The notes: generated from the letters alone by a model not told the origin. 40,151 bases of DNA from Snowella sp. (GCA_035285545.1 JAYKGY010000085.1:1-40151); one strand, 5' to 3'. Shown: positions 10,386 to 21,131, counted from the first letter of the stretch. A program made the numbers and translations.

Positions 10386-10429
10386 AACATAGCTTGTTGA
10401 AACACACAGTGTCTGTGATCTAGATCACA
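10386..10429 (-). promoter_or_regulatory. CRP (SyCrp1) site with class II-spaced -10 box facing the Sll1247-like gene
   Basis: Perfect palindrome TGTGATCTAGATCACA at 10414-10429. Minus-strand TATGTT at 10391-10386 lies 22 nt away. Confidence 0.85.
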
Positions 10430-10501
10430 TCAAAAAGTCGGTATATTTTTCCACAAGTCTATCTACACTGCCTTAATTATAGGTTAATTTAACTGTCATC
10501 T

Positions 10502-11872
10502 ATGAATCCAAAGATTTCTATCGAAGAACTCAGTAAAATTTTGGGCGGAACCCGGATTAGCCAAGGGGGAATATCCGAGAATTTACGAGCAATACAGATT
10601 AGTACAGATACCCGTTCTTTAAAAACAGGGGATATTTTTTTAGCATTTCGGGGAGAAAATTTTGATGGGCACCAGTTTGCTGAAACAGCCGCTAGGCAAG
10701 GAGCCAGTGCCTTAATTGTAGATCATGAAATCGAGTTAAATCCACCTATTAATATTTCACAAATTGTTGTTTCTGATACATTAAAAGCCTATCAGGATAT
10801 TGCGAATTGGTGGCGTAAGCAATGTTCAGTTCCGATTATTGGCATAACGGGTTCTGTGGGAAAAACCACGACGAAAGAATTATTGGCGGCGGCCCTTTCG
10901 GTAAAAGGAAAGGTTCATAAAACGGAGGGAAATTATAATAACGAAATTGGCGTTCCTAGAACCTTATTAGGGATTACTTCCGATCACGATTATGCCATTA
11001 TTGAAATGGCTATGCGAGGACGGGGAGAAATTGCGCTTCTAGCCCAAGTCGCGGAACCCACGATTGGTTTAATTACGAATGTCGGAACTGCCCATATTGG
11101 CCGTCTCGGTTCGGAACAGGCGATCGCGGAAGCCAAGTGTGAGTTGTTAGTAGAAATGCCTCCAACCAGTACGGCCATTCTCAATCATGATAATGAACGA
11201 TTAATCAAGACAGCAGCCACTCTCTGGTCAGGTGAAACCCTTACCTATGGTCTAGAGGGGGGAGATATTCACGGTCAATTGTTGGATAGCGCAACCCTAC
11301 AAGTCAACGATTTTACCTTTCCCTTGCCCTTACCCGGTCGCCATAATGCGTTAAATTTTCTGGCGGCTTTGGCGGTTGCTCAAGTTGTGGGCTTAGATTG
11401 GAAGCTTTTGAGCGCGGGGATTAATGTCAATATGCCTGGTGGTCGGGCCCGTCGGATTGAGCTAGATAATGATATTGTTTTGCTGGATGAAACCTATAAT
11501 GCCGGCTTAGAATCGATGTTAGCTGCATTGCACTTACTTCAGGAAACGCCCGCTCAGCGTCGGATTGCGGTGTTGGGAGCTATGCGGGAATTGGGAGCGC
11601 GATCGCCCGAATTTCATCGACAAGTGGGGGAAAAAGTCAAAGCATTGGATTTAGATTACCTATTAGTGTTAGACAGCCATCCTTCTATTCCCAATCTGAT
11701 CGAGGGCGCGAAAGGCACTAAAATCGAATCTTTTACCACTCACGAAGATTTAGTTCAATACCTAAAGTCTTTTATGCAACGTGGCGATCGCCTTTTATTT
11801 AAAGCCTCAAATTCCGTGGGGCTGAGTCGGGTTGTTGCGGGAATTCAAAATACCAACGTCTTGGATCACTAA
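10502..11872 (+). CDS. murF: UDP-N-acetylmuramoyl-tripeptide--D-Ala-D-Ala ligase
   Basis: STDTRSL, GENFDGH, GITGSVGKTTTKE, GNYNNEIGVP, DETYNA, KASNS. Confidence 0.96.
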   Translation: MNPKISIEELSKILGGTRISQGGISENLRAIQISTDTRSLKTGDIFLAFRGENFDGHQFAETAARQGASALIVDHEIELNPPINISQIVVSDTLKAYQDIANWWRKQCSVPIIGITGSVGKTTTKELLAAALSVKGKVHKTEGNYNNEIGVPRTLLGITSDHDYAIIEMAMRGRGEIALLAQVAEPTIGLITNVGTAHIGRLGSEQAIAEAKCELLVEMPPTSTAILNHDNERLIKTAATLWSGETLTYGLEGGDIHGQLLDSATLQVNDFTFPLPLPGRHNALNFLAALAVAQVVGLDWKLLSAGINVNMPGGRARRIELDNDIVLLDETYNAGLESMLAALHLLQETPAQRRIAVLGAMRELGARSPEFHRQVGEKVKALDLDYLLVLDSHPSIPNLIEGAKGTKIESFTTHEDLVQYLKSFMQRGDRLLFKASNSVGLSRVVAGIQNTNVLDH

Positions 11873-12240
11873 AGTGTTTCTAGATAACTTAATAAATCCG
11901 CCATTGCTTGAGAATTCGGTTGAAACTTCGGCATCGGCGGGGTTTTGCCACTAATGACCTGTTCAATCAATTGCGTCTGGGATTTACGTTGTGGAACGGC
12001 TTGTAAACTCGGCCCAATATTGCCCATTCCCTGTAGTCCATGACAAACACCACAGTTGGCTTGAAAAATAGCCTCCCCTCGGCTCAAATTTCCGGGTAAC
12101 GATAACACTTCTTGAATATAGGGATTGGGAATTTGCGATAAATACCAACTCCCCATCAAAATTGTGGCAAGCAACAGGGCGAGAATGAAAAGGATCGCTG
12201 GACGGGCCGAAATTTTCGACTGAAGGAGGGGCTTTTCCAT
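11869..12240 (-). CDS. cytM: Cytochrome cM
   Basis: N-terminal TM, CGVCH heme motif, GPSL, QVISGKTPPMPKFQP, MADLLSYL. Confidence 0.92.
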   Translation of the reverse strand: MEKPLLQSKISARPAILFILALLLATILMGSWYLSQIPNPYIQEVLSLPGNLSRGEAIFQANCGVCHGLQGMGNIGPSLQAVPQRKSQTQLIEQVISGKTPPMPKFQPNSQAMADLLSYLETL

Positions 12241-12644
12241 TGGTATGGCTTTAACGTTCTGTTAACAGTTTGCAACATTACGGGGTGCAAAAACTGTTTT
12301 TGTTAATTTTTTGCAACATTTCCGTAACACTTGCTGATTTAATCTTTCCTATCATAGATTTTTGTGAAGATTGATAAAGAAAATCTTAAGATTTGTTAAA
12401 GTGATCCCCCCGTACAATTCCAGTACAATTTTGGCTGGGGAATTTTAATATCAGTGCTTGTGTTGCGGCGGTCAATTGCTCTAATCCCATTAAACCGTTT
12501 GGGTTAAATCTGGGTATTTTTCTGAGAACTCCCAACTTGCCCAAGCATTTTCAATTCCAATGGGATGATCAATGGAGTAATGGGCCTTACTTAAAGTTTT
12601 ATCAACGCGATCGCGATGTCAGCGTAAGCAAAATTCTAATTGAC

Positions 12645-14939
12645 CTATGAATTGCCAGAACGGTAATAATTGTAATAATAGGAAGCCCCATAATCATTGC
12701 GGCTAATACTATTGGCAACTAATCCTAATAGGGGGGTTTGAGCCATTTTTAAATCATCAACGACGTGTTTAAAGACAGAGCGATCCGTTTTGCCTAATTT
12801 AAGAACAAAGACTAATCCCGTTGTGCCGGACGCTAAAATGCGTGCATCTGCAAAGTTCAACAAAGGAGGGGTATCATAAATAATCAAATCGTAAACAGAG
12901 TCCTGTTCCCAGGAATCCATTAATTCCTGCATCCGTCGGGACGTAAGTAAGCGGATCGGATCAGGCGGAATATCCCCCGCAGTCAAAATCGAAAGATTGT
13001 CCCACTGCGGAACTTTTTGGATCACTTCATCGGCACTTAACCCCGTCGCGATCACATTACTTAATCCGTGCAAATTGCTTAAGCCAAATAAGTGATGAAC
13101 TCTGGGACGGCGTAAATCCGCATCGACTAAGAGTACTTTTTGTCCCATTGCCGCAGCAGCTTGAGCTAAATTGAGGGCGATGGTTGTTTTCCCATCGCTA
13201 GGGGTTGCGGAACTAATGACCAGGGAACGAATCGGGTGATCCGATCCTAGTAACCAAATGCTGGTATTTAAGGAACGAAAAGCTTCTAAAAAACCGGAAG
13301 AACGATAACTTGTTCGAGGGTTACGGGCAGGGGGCTTGGTTGGTTTACGATTGGACGAGGGGGTGGTGGAAGTCATAGGAGAGACATTGACCCCGACTAA
13401 TCGTTCCATTAATTGCAGATCTTTCTGCCAAGGAATCATCCCCAAAATGGGCAGTTGTGTTGCTTCCTTGATTTCCTCAAGTGAGTGAAAAACTGGATCG
13501 AGTCGTTCTAAGAGGAAAGCGGCACCAACCCCTAGCAATACGCCTGCCATAATTCCTAAACTAATATTACGGGCAGGTTTGGGCCAAATGGGCGTATCCT
13601 CTACAGAGGGCGAAGAAATTAATTGCCAAGGGATGGTCTGCTGGGCTGAATCAATTTGCAGTTTAGCCTGAGCTTCCAGAAAACGATTCAAACTATCTGT
13701 TGCCACATTTAATTCCCGCTGTAAGTCCATATATTGACGAGCAAGGACGGGCATTTGTCTAACTTCTTTGTTAATGGCGTTTAATTCTTTCTCAACTGCC
13801 GCTAATTTAACTCGCTGGACTTGTAATTGGTTAGCCGTTTGAATAAATTGCTGATTCAAGTTTAGGCGTAATGAGCTAGGAGAGCTAAGGGAGGATTTTG
13901 CATCTGATTGATTAAAACGCGTTCCTAAAATGGCTTCTGCTTCTTGACGCAATAACGGTCTCAGATTATCTCGCTTGGCTTTGAGGGTTTGAATCATCGG
14001 GCTATCGTCGGAATAGCGTGCGGATTGCCGAGCTAACTCAATTTCAACTTCCTGTAATTGATTCAAGAGATTTTGATAGCGGGGAGATTCGCTTAGATAG
14101 CTGGAGGCTAAGGCATTGTCAGGATTGAGACCTAACTGACGTTGAAGAATGCTATACAGGGAGAGGGTTTCTCGTGTACTAATTTGTAGATCGATATATC
14201 TCGATTTTAAAGAGGATTCTAAACTGGAAAGTTCACCGGCTTTTTGCTCTGGATCCAGTAAATTATGCTGTTGACGAAAACGCTGGAGTTGGGCTTGACG
14301 GGCATTTACGCGATCGCGCAATTTGGGTAACTGTTCCTCAACAAATTTAATCCCTTGATTAATCTGAATTTTGCGTTCTTCCAAACTGTAGCGGAGATAG
14401 GCTTTAGCGAGGGCATTGAGAACATATTCAATTTTGGTGCGATCGCCGTCTAAATAGGATACTTCCAAAATCTTGGTATCTTGCAATTGATTAATTGACA
14501 AAAATGGCCGATTAGGACTCGCCAAACTCTCATAATCCACTTCTGGATATTGGGCTGAAATCTCTTCAATAATGGGATTCAGAACACTTTTACTTTTCAG
14601 TACAACAATTTGCGTATTGTAATCCACCTCCTTCGCGCCCAATTCATCTAAAACCGCTTGGTTAGTAGAATTTTGCTGAACGATGGGATCACCGACTAAT
14701 AATTGGAATTTTCCCTGATAAACTTGCCGCTGTTGAAATGTCCAGAGCGAAACTAAAAAGGCGGAGCCAGCCGTGATGGCCAAAATCAGCCAAAGGCGAT
14801 GTTTTAAGATAAACCAAACCTGACGCAGATTAATCTCTTCCGAAGGGCTATTTTTCCTGCTAGTCGTATAAGAAGAAACTCCTAATTCATTGACAGGGCT
14901 TTTGATAGAAGCAACTGGGTTGTTGGAACTTTCTTCCAT
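12645..14939 (-). CDS. wzc: Wzc/GumC polysaccharide co-polymerase tyrosine autokinase
   Basis: Two TMs, coiled-coil periplasmic region, Walker A SATPSDGKTT, DADLRRP, IYDTPP, C-terminal YYYNYY cluster. Start ATG 14939 (after GGAG) or 14987. Confidence 0.92.
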   Translation of the reverse strand: MEESSNNPVASIKSPVNELGVSSYTTSRKNSPSEEINLRQVWFILKHRLWLILAITAGSAFLVSLWTFQQRQVYQGKFQLLVGDPIVQQNSTNQAVLDELGAKEVDYNTQIVVLKSKSVLNPIIEEISAQYPEVDYESLASPNRPFLSINQLQDTKILEVSYLDGDRTKIEYVLNALAKAYLRYSLEERKIQINQGIKFVEEQLPKLRDRVNARQAQLQRFRQQHNLLDPEQKAGELSSLESSLKSRYIDLQISTRETLSLYSILQRQLGLNPDNALASSYLSESPRYQNLLNQLQEVEIELARQSARYSDDSPMIQTLKAKRDNLRPLLRQEAEAILGTRFNQSDAKSSLSSPSSLRLNLNQQFIQTANQLQVQRVKLAAVEKELNAINKEVRQMPVLARQYMDLQRELNVATDSLNRFLEAQAKLQIDSAQQTIPWQLISSPSVEDTPIWPKPARNISLGIMAGVLLGVGAAFLLERLDPVFHSLEEIKEATQLPILGMIPWQKDLQLMERLVGVNVSPMTSTTPSSNRKPTKPPARNPRTSYRSSGFLEAFRSLNTSIWLLGSDHPIRSLVISSATPSDGKTTIALNLAQAAAAMGQKVLLVDADLRRPRVHHLFGLSNLHGLSNVIATGLSADEVIQKVPQWDNLSILTAGDIPPDPIRLLTSRRMQELMDSWEQDSVYDLIIYDTPPLLNFADARILASGTTGLVFVLKLGKTDRSVFKHVVDDLKMAQTPLLGLVANSISRNDYGASYYYNYYRSGNS

Positions 14940-15000
14940 ATTTTTTCTCCGAATATAGATAATTGGTGCGTCAGGTTCTTGAGACATAGGATTTAAATGA

Positions 15001-16542
15001 CTAATTAAGTAAATTAAGAATGGAGAATAAACCACCGCCTAAAATGGCTCCCAAAGGACTAAAAATAGTTCCAATGGTATCGGTTGTTGAGGCTAATGAG
15101 CTAGGATTCACTAAAATGACATCATTGTTACGGAGAGTCGGATTATTTTGGTCATTAATGCCTTCTCCAAAGTTGGGTTGAATACTCATCCGCGTAACGG
15201 TGCCATTCGGATTGAGCCGAATTAATTCCACATTGTCCCTATCTGCTCGTCGTGTATCAAACCCCCCTCCAGCAAGCAATCCCTGATTTAACGTGCTATT
15301 GGGTGGCAATTCAATTAATCCTGGCCGCTTAACCTCGCCGACAACATTGACGCGGATACTTTTGGGGGCAAAATTCGCGGTTGCTAGGGTATCAAATTGT
15401 TCAGGAGTCTGATTTTGTGCTTGGGCAACGGTAATCGTATCTCCATTTTGTAAGACGAGATCCTTGTCTAAATTTCCCTGTTCCAATAACTCCCAGAGAT
15501 TGACCGTAATTTTTTCTTCTTGCCCCGAACGATTTTGACGACGGACTTCGATTTGGCGAATATCTGCGATCGGTTTAATGCCCCCGGCTTCCTGTAGAGC
15601 CTGGGTTAAACGTACTGGTTGACGAACACCAGTTCTCGCCGTATTACTCGCAGCACCGCCCCCACCACCGCTACCGCCGACTTCAGCACTGTTACTAGCC
15701 GCTTTAGCAGGGGTGAGTTTATAGGCACCTGGGCGCACGACTTCCCCGACGACCGCAACATTAATTTCTGAGTCAAAACGAATTCCAAAATTAGCATCCA
15801 CGAGTTGACGGACTTGGGCGGGATCGTTGCGAGTTTCCGCGCTAATGACAATCGTATCTCCATCTCGTAATGTAATATTTTGGCTACTATCCCCTTTTTG
15901 GATGAGATCCCAAAGATTTAGTTGAATATTTTCGGGTTGACTAGGGGTACTGGTACGTTTTACGACAATGTTACTGACATTGGCCGAGGGGGTTAATCCG
16001 CCGGCTTGCTGAATAATATCGGTTACGGTTGGAAATTTTTGCCCTTGAGAAATAGGAAGAGTATAAGAACCAGGAGAATTGATTTCTCCCGCTAACGTAA
16101 TGGTTAAAGGACGGGGTTGGAGTAGCCCAATCGTAATAATCGGACGTTTAATATATTTGGCGTAGCGTTGATTCAGGGTACTGGTTAATTGGGGTAAGGT
16201 CATGCCTTGAACTTTGAGAATCCCCACCAGAGGAAAGCTGATCGTCCCATCTACTAAGACTTGATACTCGGTTTTACTAAATTCTTCTACTTGGTAAATA
16301 TCCATTCGGAGGCGATCGCCGGGCCCTAAAATATAATCTGATTCGGTGGGTTGGGCGGAAAGAGCCGGTGGCATGGGAGGAATAGCGGCTGTCGAAGTGC
16401 GATTAGAAGGATTGGGATTAGGGGTTTTGGCTAAAACGGGCAGCGGGGCTAATCCCAGCATCAGCCACACACTACCAATACAAAAACTTGTAAAACGACG
16501 AGCGCGTTGAGATTTTACGGGGGCTAGAACCAGAAAATTCAT
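15001..16542 (-). CDS. wza: Wza/OPX polysaccharide export protein with SLBB repeats
   Basis: YILGPGDRL PES motif, DGTISFPLVG, repeated V.GEV.RPG SLBB domains, hydrophobic C-terminal helix. Confidence 0.9.
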   Translation of the reverse strand: MNFLVLAPVKSQRARRFTSFCIGSVWLMLGLAPLPVLAKTPNPNPSNRTSTAAIPPMPPALSAQPTESDYILGPGDRLRMDIYQVEEFSKTEYQVLVDGTISFPLVGILKVQGMTLPQLTSTLNQRYAKYIKRPIITIGLLQPRPLTITLAGEINSPGSYTLPISQGQKFPTVTDIIQQAGGLTPSANVSNIVVKRTSTPSQPENIQLNLWDLIQKGDSSQNITLRDGDTIVISAETRNDPAQVRQLVDANFGIRFDSEINVAVVGEVVRPGAYKLTPAKAASNSAEVGGSGGGGGAASNTARTGVRQPVRLTQALQEAGGIKPIADIRQIEVRRQNRSGQEEKITVNLWELLEQGNLDKDLVLQNGDTITVAQAQNQTPEQFDTLATANFAPKSIRVNVVGEVKRPGLIELPPNSTLNQGLLAGGGFDTRRADRDNVELIRLNPNGTVTRMSIQPNFGEGINDQNNPTLRNNDVILVNPSSLASTTDTIGTIFSPLGAILGGGLFSILNLLN

Positions 16543-16716
16543 AGGAAAAACTAATCTAATCGAACTTTGTTGACTTGAAATATTGATGCTACTAAATTTT
16601 AATCTTTAATTTAAAAATTTAAAGTATCACATCTTTATGTAATGACATTGGTTAATTAAGTTACTTTAAAGAGTAATGGATTTTGTCCGAATTAGAGCTA
16701 GATAAAATGTAGACGG

Positions 16717-16983
16717 ATGAAAAGCAAACAAAAGTTTCCGCATTTATTAGGGTCAAAATGGACGGCACGACAAAAAACGTGGGGATGGCAGCATTTCCAA
16801 GTCGTCAATCGCAAAAATCAGGCGGGTTGGGTCTTTGCAGAACTCGTTTCTTGTTGTGATCCGACGGTTCGTTTTTGGATTAATGCACGACAGCTTCAGG
16901 ATCGCGCATTGTGGCAAGCCGGCTGGCAACCCTTAAACAAAGACATCACTTGTACAGAAGCAGATTTCCCTAATCCGGTATAG
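16717..16983 (+). CDS. TIGR02450-type tryptophan-rich conserved protein
   Basis: LLGSKWTA...GWQHFQVVNR...FWINARQLQDRALWQAGW. Confidence 0.85.
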   Translation: MKSKQKFPHLLGSKWTARQKTWGWQHFQVVNRKNQAGWVFAELVSCCDPTVRFWINARQLQDRALWQAGWQPLNKDITCTEADFPNPV

Positions 16984-17034
16984 TATTTTTGGGTAATTTT
17001 CCTAATTTAAAAATTTTTATTTGATTAAAATTTT

Positions 17035-17787
17035 ATGACAACCGTTCCTCAATCTTTAGAGCAGGCGATCGCCGATGCCAAGACAGCAACTCAACAAGCA
17101 TTAGCAGCAGGAAGTAACCGTTTACAGATTGAATTTGTAATTCCTGAAATTGCGCTACAGGCTCAAGATTTAGCCTTAGAATTTACCACGCTGTTTCAGG
17201 ATAGCGGGATTGATCTGTCGGGTTTACGGGTGATTTTTCCCGATACAGGAGCCGCCGCCCTAGCTCGACGGGATTGGGGAGAAACGGAATTTCGTTTAGG
17301 GGATTTAGGGAGCCGTTACATTCCGGTAGATCAAAAGATTTCTGAAGAAGATCAGGCTTTTCTGGTAGTTTCTCCGTCTTCTGTTGAGGTGCAAGCAGTG
17401 GAAAGACTTTGTGAGTTAGCTGGCGATCGCCCCGTTGTTTTGTTAATCCCCCAACTTGAAGATGTCTCGATTGTGGGAATTGGTTATGCTGCTCGCCAAT
17501 TACGGGAACGTTTTCTCAGTATTCTAGAAACCAGTTATTATTTCCGTCCTCTTGAAGGTGCTGTTGTTGTAAAAAGTTATCCGAATCCTTGGCAAGTTTA
17601 TTTGGAAAAAGGCGAAGATTACGAACTCATTGCTGAAGTTCCGACTAAGCCATTGGGAGAAGCCTTAGAAAATCTAATTTTAGAAGCGACATCCCCTGCG
17701 ACCCCTGATGGTCAAGAAGCCCCCAAACCAAAAAAAGCAGGAATCTTCGCCAGCATGGGACGCTTTTTAAAGGCTCTGAATCAGTAA
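17035..17787 (+). CDS. DUF1995-family protein
   Basis: FPDTGAAALARRDWG, IVGIGYAARQLRERF, YP.PWQVY. Confidence 0.85.
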   Translation: MTTVPQSLEQAIADAKTATQQALAAGSNRLQIEFVIPEIALQAQDLALEFTTLFQDSGIDLSGLRVIFPDTGAAALARRDWGETEFRLGDLGSRYIPVDQKISEEDQAFLVVSPSSVEVQAVERLCELAGDRPVVLLIPQLEDVSIVGIGYAARQLRERFLSILETSYYFRPLEGAVVVKSYPNPWQVYLEKGEDYELIAEVPTKPLGEALENLILEATSPATPDGQEAPKPKKAGIFASMGRFLKALNQ

Positions 17788-17878
17788 GTGGTTTGTTTCT
17801 CAAACATCTCAAAACTGGAAATATAATAAAAATGTTTAATGGTAAAAAACAAATACTGTTTCGATTAGGTTAAAAAGA

Positions 17879-18523
17879 ATGAAATTTGACATTAAACTAC
17901 TTGATAATCTCGATTACGATGATGTTGAACCACTTTTAGAGGATTACATTGATACTCTGATCGAGGAGTTTATCCAATCTCCCGAAGCTCAAGAGCAAAT
18001 AGCAGATGATCTAGAAGAAGTTGGTAACTGGATTTATCACTTCATTGATTATGGGTATCGGTATGAAGAATTTACGTTAACCAAAATGACCCTGAGTCAG
18101 GTAAAGACCTTAATGGAGAGCCTTTTACCCCGTAAAATCACTATATTAGAAAAGTCTGATGCTGAGGATGCTATCCCTGAACTCGTTGCTTTTTGGTCTT
18201 TTTTGCAACGAGAATATCAACTTAAACAGGCCAAAGGAATTATTATTTATCTACGCAGTATTAAAGATAAGTTTCCAGACTGGATGATAGATCCTGCCCG
18301 TGGAGGGATGGCCAAAAATTTCTTTCTTAGTGGTCTACAACAAGGATTTGATATGGAGACCCAGGAAGGCATGAATAACTTTAAAGATTTTTTTAATGCT
18401 CAACTTAATCCAGAAAAGAGCTTACCAACCCATCAGAAACAAAAGCCTTCTCCAAAAAAAACGAAAGGCTTTGGAGCTTGGACTCCTAGCAAGTCTTCAG
18501 GACGAAAAAAGAAAAAGAAGTGA
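17879..18523 (+). CDS. Hypothetical protein (acidic N-terminus, helical core, basic tail)
   Basis: 214-aa ORF with LLPRKIT, IPELVAFWSFLQRE, GMAKNF...GFDMETQEG and a KKTKGFG...KKKKK tail. Confidence 0.75.
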   Translation: MKFDIKLLDNLDYDDVEPLLEDYIDTLIEEFIQSPEAQEQIADDLEEVGNWIYHFIDYGYRYEEFTLTKMTLSQVKTLMESLLPRKITILEKSDAEDAIPELVAFWSFLQREYQLKQAKGIIIYLRSIKDKFPDWMIDPARGGMAKNFFLSGLQQGFDMETQEGMNNFKDFFNAQLNPEKSLPTHQKQKPSPKKTKGFGAWTPSKSSGRKKKKK

Positions 18524-18533
18524 TATTTCTTCA

Positions 18534-19697
18534 CTAATGAGATAGGGTTTTTGTAGCTTTTGTTGCAATCTTTGGTTTTGTCGAAGGATTAATTTCCAAA
18601 CGCCCATATTTGTAGTAGGCGGCACAAGCTCCTTCGGAAGAGACCATGCAGGCTCCGATGGGATTTTCAGGCGTACAGGCCGTTCCAAAAACCTTACATT
18701 GCCAAGGTTTCAGTACTCCTTTGAGAATTTCGCCACATTGACAGGCTCGATGGTCACTAACGGCTTGATAGGTAATGGGAAATTTAACTTCGGCATCAAA
18801 ATCCGCATATTCAGCCCGCATTTTAAAACCTGATTCGGGAATGTATCCCAATCCTCGCCATTCAAATTGATCTCGCACTTCAAAAACTTGGTTCATGGCA
18901 TTGAGCGCGATCGCGTTTCCTTGGGGCTGCACTAAACGAGTGTATTGATTTTCAACTTCACAGCGTCCCGTCACCAACTGCTGTAGCACCATCCAGATCG
19001 CTTGCAAAATATCGAGGGGTTCAAATCCTGCCACCACTAAAGGTTTGCGGTAATGGTGGGCAATAATTTGATAAGGTTCTGTCCCAATTACCATACTGAC
19101 GTGGCCAGGCCCGATAAAGCCATCTAGTTGCAAATCAGGATTATTTAATAGGGCTTCTAGGGCAGGAACCACACGAACATGATTACAAAATAAGCTAAAG
19201 TTGCTAACTTTTTCTTTTTCTGCCTGTAAAACCGTTAAAGCTGTACTCGGAACCGTTGTTTCAAAGCCAATTCCAAAGAAAACCACGTTTTTGTCAGGAT
19301 GATTTTTCGCAATTTGCAGGGCATCCAAGGGAGAATACACTAAACGAATGTCTGCCCCTAACGCCTTGGCCTGTAGAAGATTGTGCTTTGCGCCTGGCAC
19401 CCGCATCGTATCGCCAAAGGTGGTCAAAATGACGTTATCTAATTCGGCGATCGCGATCGCTTCGTCAATCTTTCCTTTGGGCATGATACACACCGGACAA
19501 CCGGGGCCATGTACTAATTCAATCATTTCGGGTAATAACGACTCTAAACCCGCTTTAAAGATGGCATGGGTGTGTCCCCCACAAACTTCCATTAGCTTGA
19601 TAGGACGAGTCGGAGCCAATTGATTGGTTAGGGATTGAATTTGCTGTAATAACCCTTGAACTTTAGCAGGGTCACGAAATTCATGCAGATACTTCAT
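18534..19697 (-). CDS. hypD: Hydrogenase maturation protein HypD
   Basis: MEVCGGHTH, HGPGCPVC, GFETT, PGHVS, CTPENPIGACMVSSEGACAAYY. Confidence 0.97.
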   Translation of the reverse strand: MKYLHEFRDPAKVQGLLQQIQSLTNQLAPTRPIKLMEVCGGHTHAIFKAGLESLLPEMIELVHGPGCPVCIMPKGKIDEAIAIAELDNVILTTFGDTMRVPGAKHNLLQAKALGADIRLVYSPLDALQIAKNHPDKNVVFFGIGFETTVPSTALTVLQAEKEKVSNFSLFCNHVRVVPALEALLNNPDLQLDGFIGPGHVSMVIGTEPYQIIAHHYRKPLVVAGFEPLDILQAIWMVLQQLVTGRCEVENQYTRLVQPQGNAIALNAMNQVFEVRDQFEWRGLGYIPESGFKMRAEYADFDAEVKFPITYQAVSDHRACQCGEILKGVLKPWQCKVFGTACTPENPIGACMVSSEGACAAYYKYGRLEINPSTKPKIATKATKTLSH

Positions 19698-19971
19698 GGG
19701 GTGTTAAATGCTTAAAGTCTTCAAGTTCATCAGATACCGTTAATTGCGCTAACAATTGCAACGTTTCTTGCGCTTCTAGGGGATCGAGCCGATTCAACGC
19801 AAACCCCACATGGACTAACACCCAATCTCCCAGACACGCTTCAATAGGATGGGTTTCATCAACAATACAAGCAACATTAACGGGACGTTGAACCCCACTT
19901 ACCTCAACTATTGCCAATTGCAGAGCAGGGTCAAGAATTTCCGTAATTTGTCCTGGAATGCCTAAACACAT
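19681..19971 (-). CDS. hypC: Hydrogenase maturation chaperone HypC
   Basis: MCLGIPG start, GDWVLVHVGFA; overlaps the hypD start. Confidence 0.96.
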   Translation of the reverse strand: MCLGIPGQITEILDPALQLAIVEVSGVQRPVNVACIVDETHPIEACLGDWVLVHVGFALNRLDPLEAQETLQLLAQLTVSDELEDFKHLTPHEVSA

Positions 19972-20205
19972 AAACCGATTGATTTCATTCCTTCAATACT
20001 AACTAACTTTATTGGGATTTAGTGCCTTCAAACTCAAACCTAGCAAAAGTCTTAAGGTTTCTATCAACAAAGTTTTATCCCTAGTTATGTTGGCTGAATT
20101 ACAATAACAATTAGCCCAAACAGCCCCTTAATTCATTAATACAAGTTTAAAATCGGCGATCGCCCTTTGGCATTAACACTATTCATTGCAGTCAACCTAA
20201 AAACA

Positions 20206-20661
20206 ATGGCTCAAACACCTACGACTATTACGTTATATGAGCAAGACTATTTGCGATGGACAGAAGAAACTGCCCATTCATTACGCAATAAAAAGTTTGA
20301 TTGCTTGGATTTAGAGAATTTAATTGAGGAGATCGAAGATTTGGGTAAATCGCAGAGACGAGAATTAGAAAGCCGTCTAGAGGAGTTGTTAGAACATATC
20401 CTGAAGCGTACCTACGTAAATCTGCCAGAATGTTATCGCGGTTGGGTCGAATCCGTTGATAAACAACGTCTTGCATTGAGAAGATTACTCAAAAGTTCGC
20501 CCAGTCTTAAGCCCTATTTTTGGGAAATATTTGATGAGGCTTATTATGATGCCTTGAGGATTGTTGCGAGAAGTTATCCTCAAGTTCAATTCCCTAAACA
20601 ATGGCCCTTTGAACAGAGTATAGAAGCTTTGTTGACAACGGATTTTTGGGAAGCGGTGTAA
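20206..20661 (+). CDS. DUF29-family protein
   Basis: LYEQDYLRW, LDLENLIEEIEDLGKSQRRELESRL..LLEHILK, SPSLK, FP...PF. Confidence 0.9.
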   Translation: MAQTPTTITLYEQDYLRWTEETAHSLRNKKFDCLDLENLIEEIEDLGKSQRRELESRLEELLEHILKRTYVNLPECYRGWVESVDKQRLALRRLLKSSPSLKPYFWEIFDEAYYDALRIVARSYPQVQFPKQWPFEQSIEALLTTDFWEAV

Positions 20662-20823
20662 TTGGTCAGCGATCGCGTACCAAATTCTGCCAATAAGGGC
20701 TATATTATAATCTCTAAGACCCCATTTTAAGTTATTAATCAAACTGAACATCTAAAAATTAAGGATGATAGGTCGTGGAATGGGAGAGTCAAACGACCAA
20801 ACTTTGGAGAGAAAGCGACATTA

Positions 20824-21072
20824 ATGGAAGCCTTTAGCCCAACCCCGCCCGATTGGATAAACGATGCTATTCATTCCTTCGATTTTCGTTGCCCCAAGTG
20901 TCGGGAAACGGCCCGCAAAGCAGAAAGGGTTTGGATTAATCGGCGATCGCCTGTGATGACCGAAGATTATCGACGGAAATGGCAAGAATTTTATCAGTGT
21001 GAATGCGGTCAAAGTTGGTGGGGATGGAGTAGCGATCGCCCCCCGTCGGATTTAGCCCGATCAATTGAGTAA
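20824..21072 (+). CDS. Small conserved Cys4 zinc-ribbon-like protein
   Basis: CPKC...CECG, VWINRRSPV, RKWQEFY, WWGWSSDRPP. Confidence 0.75.
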   Translation: MEAFSPTPPDWINDAIHSFDFRCPKCRETARKAERVWINRRSPVMTEDYRRKWQEFYQCECGQSWWGWSSDRPPSDLARSIE

Positions 21073-21131
21073 GCATTCGATAACAAAACCAGATATTCTA
21101 CTAAATAGCCACTTCCAGACACATCGATAAC

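Noticed and set aside
11869..11872. Overlapping stops of convergent murF and cytM
   Set aside because: A 4-bp convergent overlap is commonplace.
12401..12649. petG or another small gene divergent from cytM
   Set aside because: Only a faint IPV..LAG resemblance needing frameshifts, and the long open frame lacks a start codon.
18534..19971. Isolated hypCD as an unusual hydrogenase locus
   Set aside because: Scattered hyp genes are normal in unicellular cyanobacteria.
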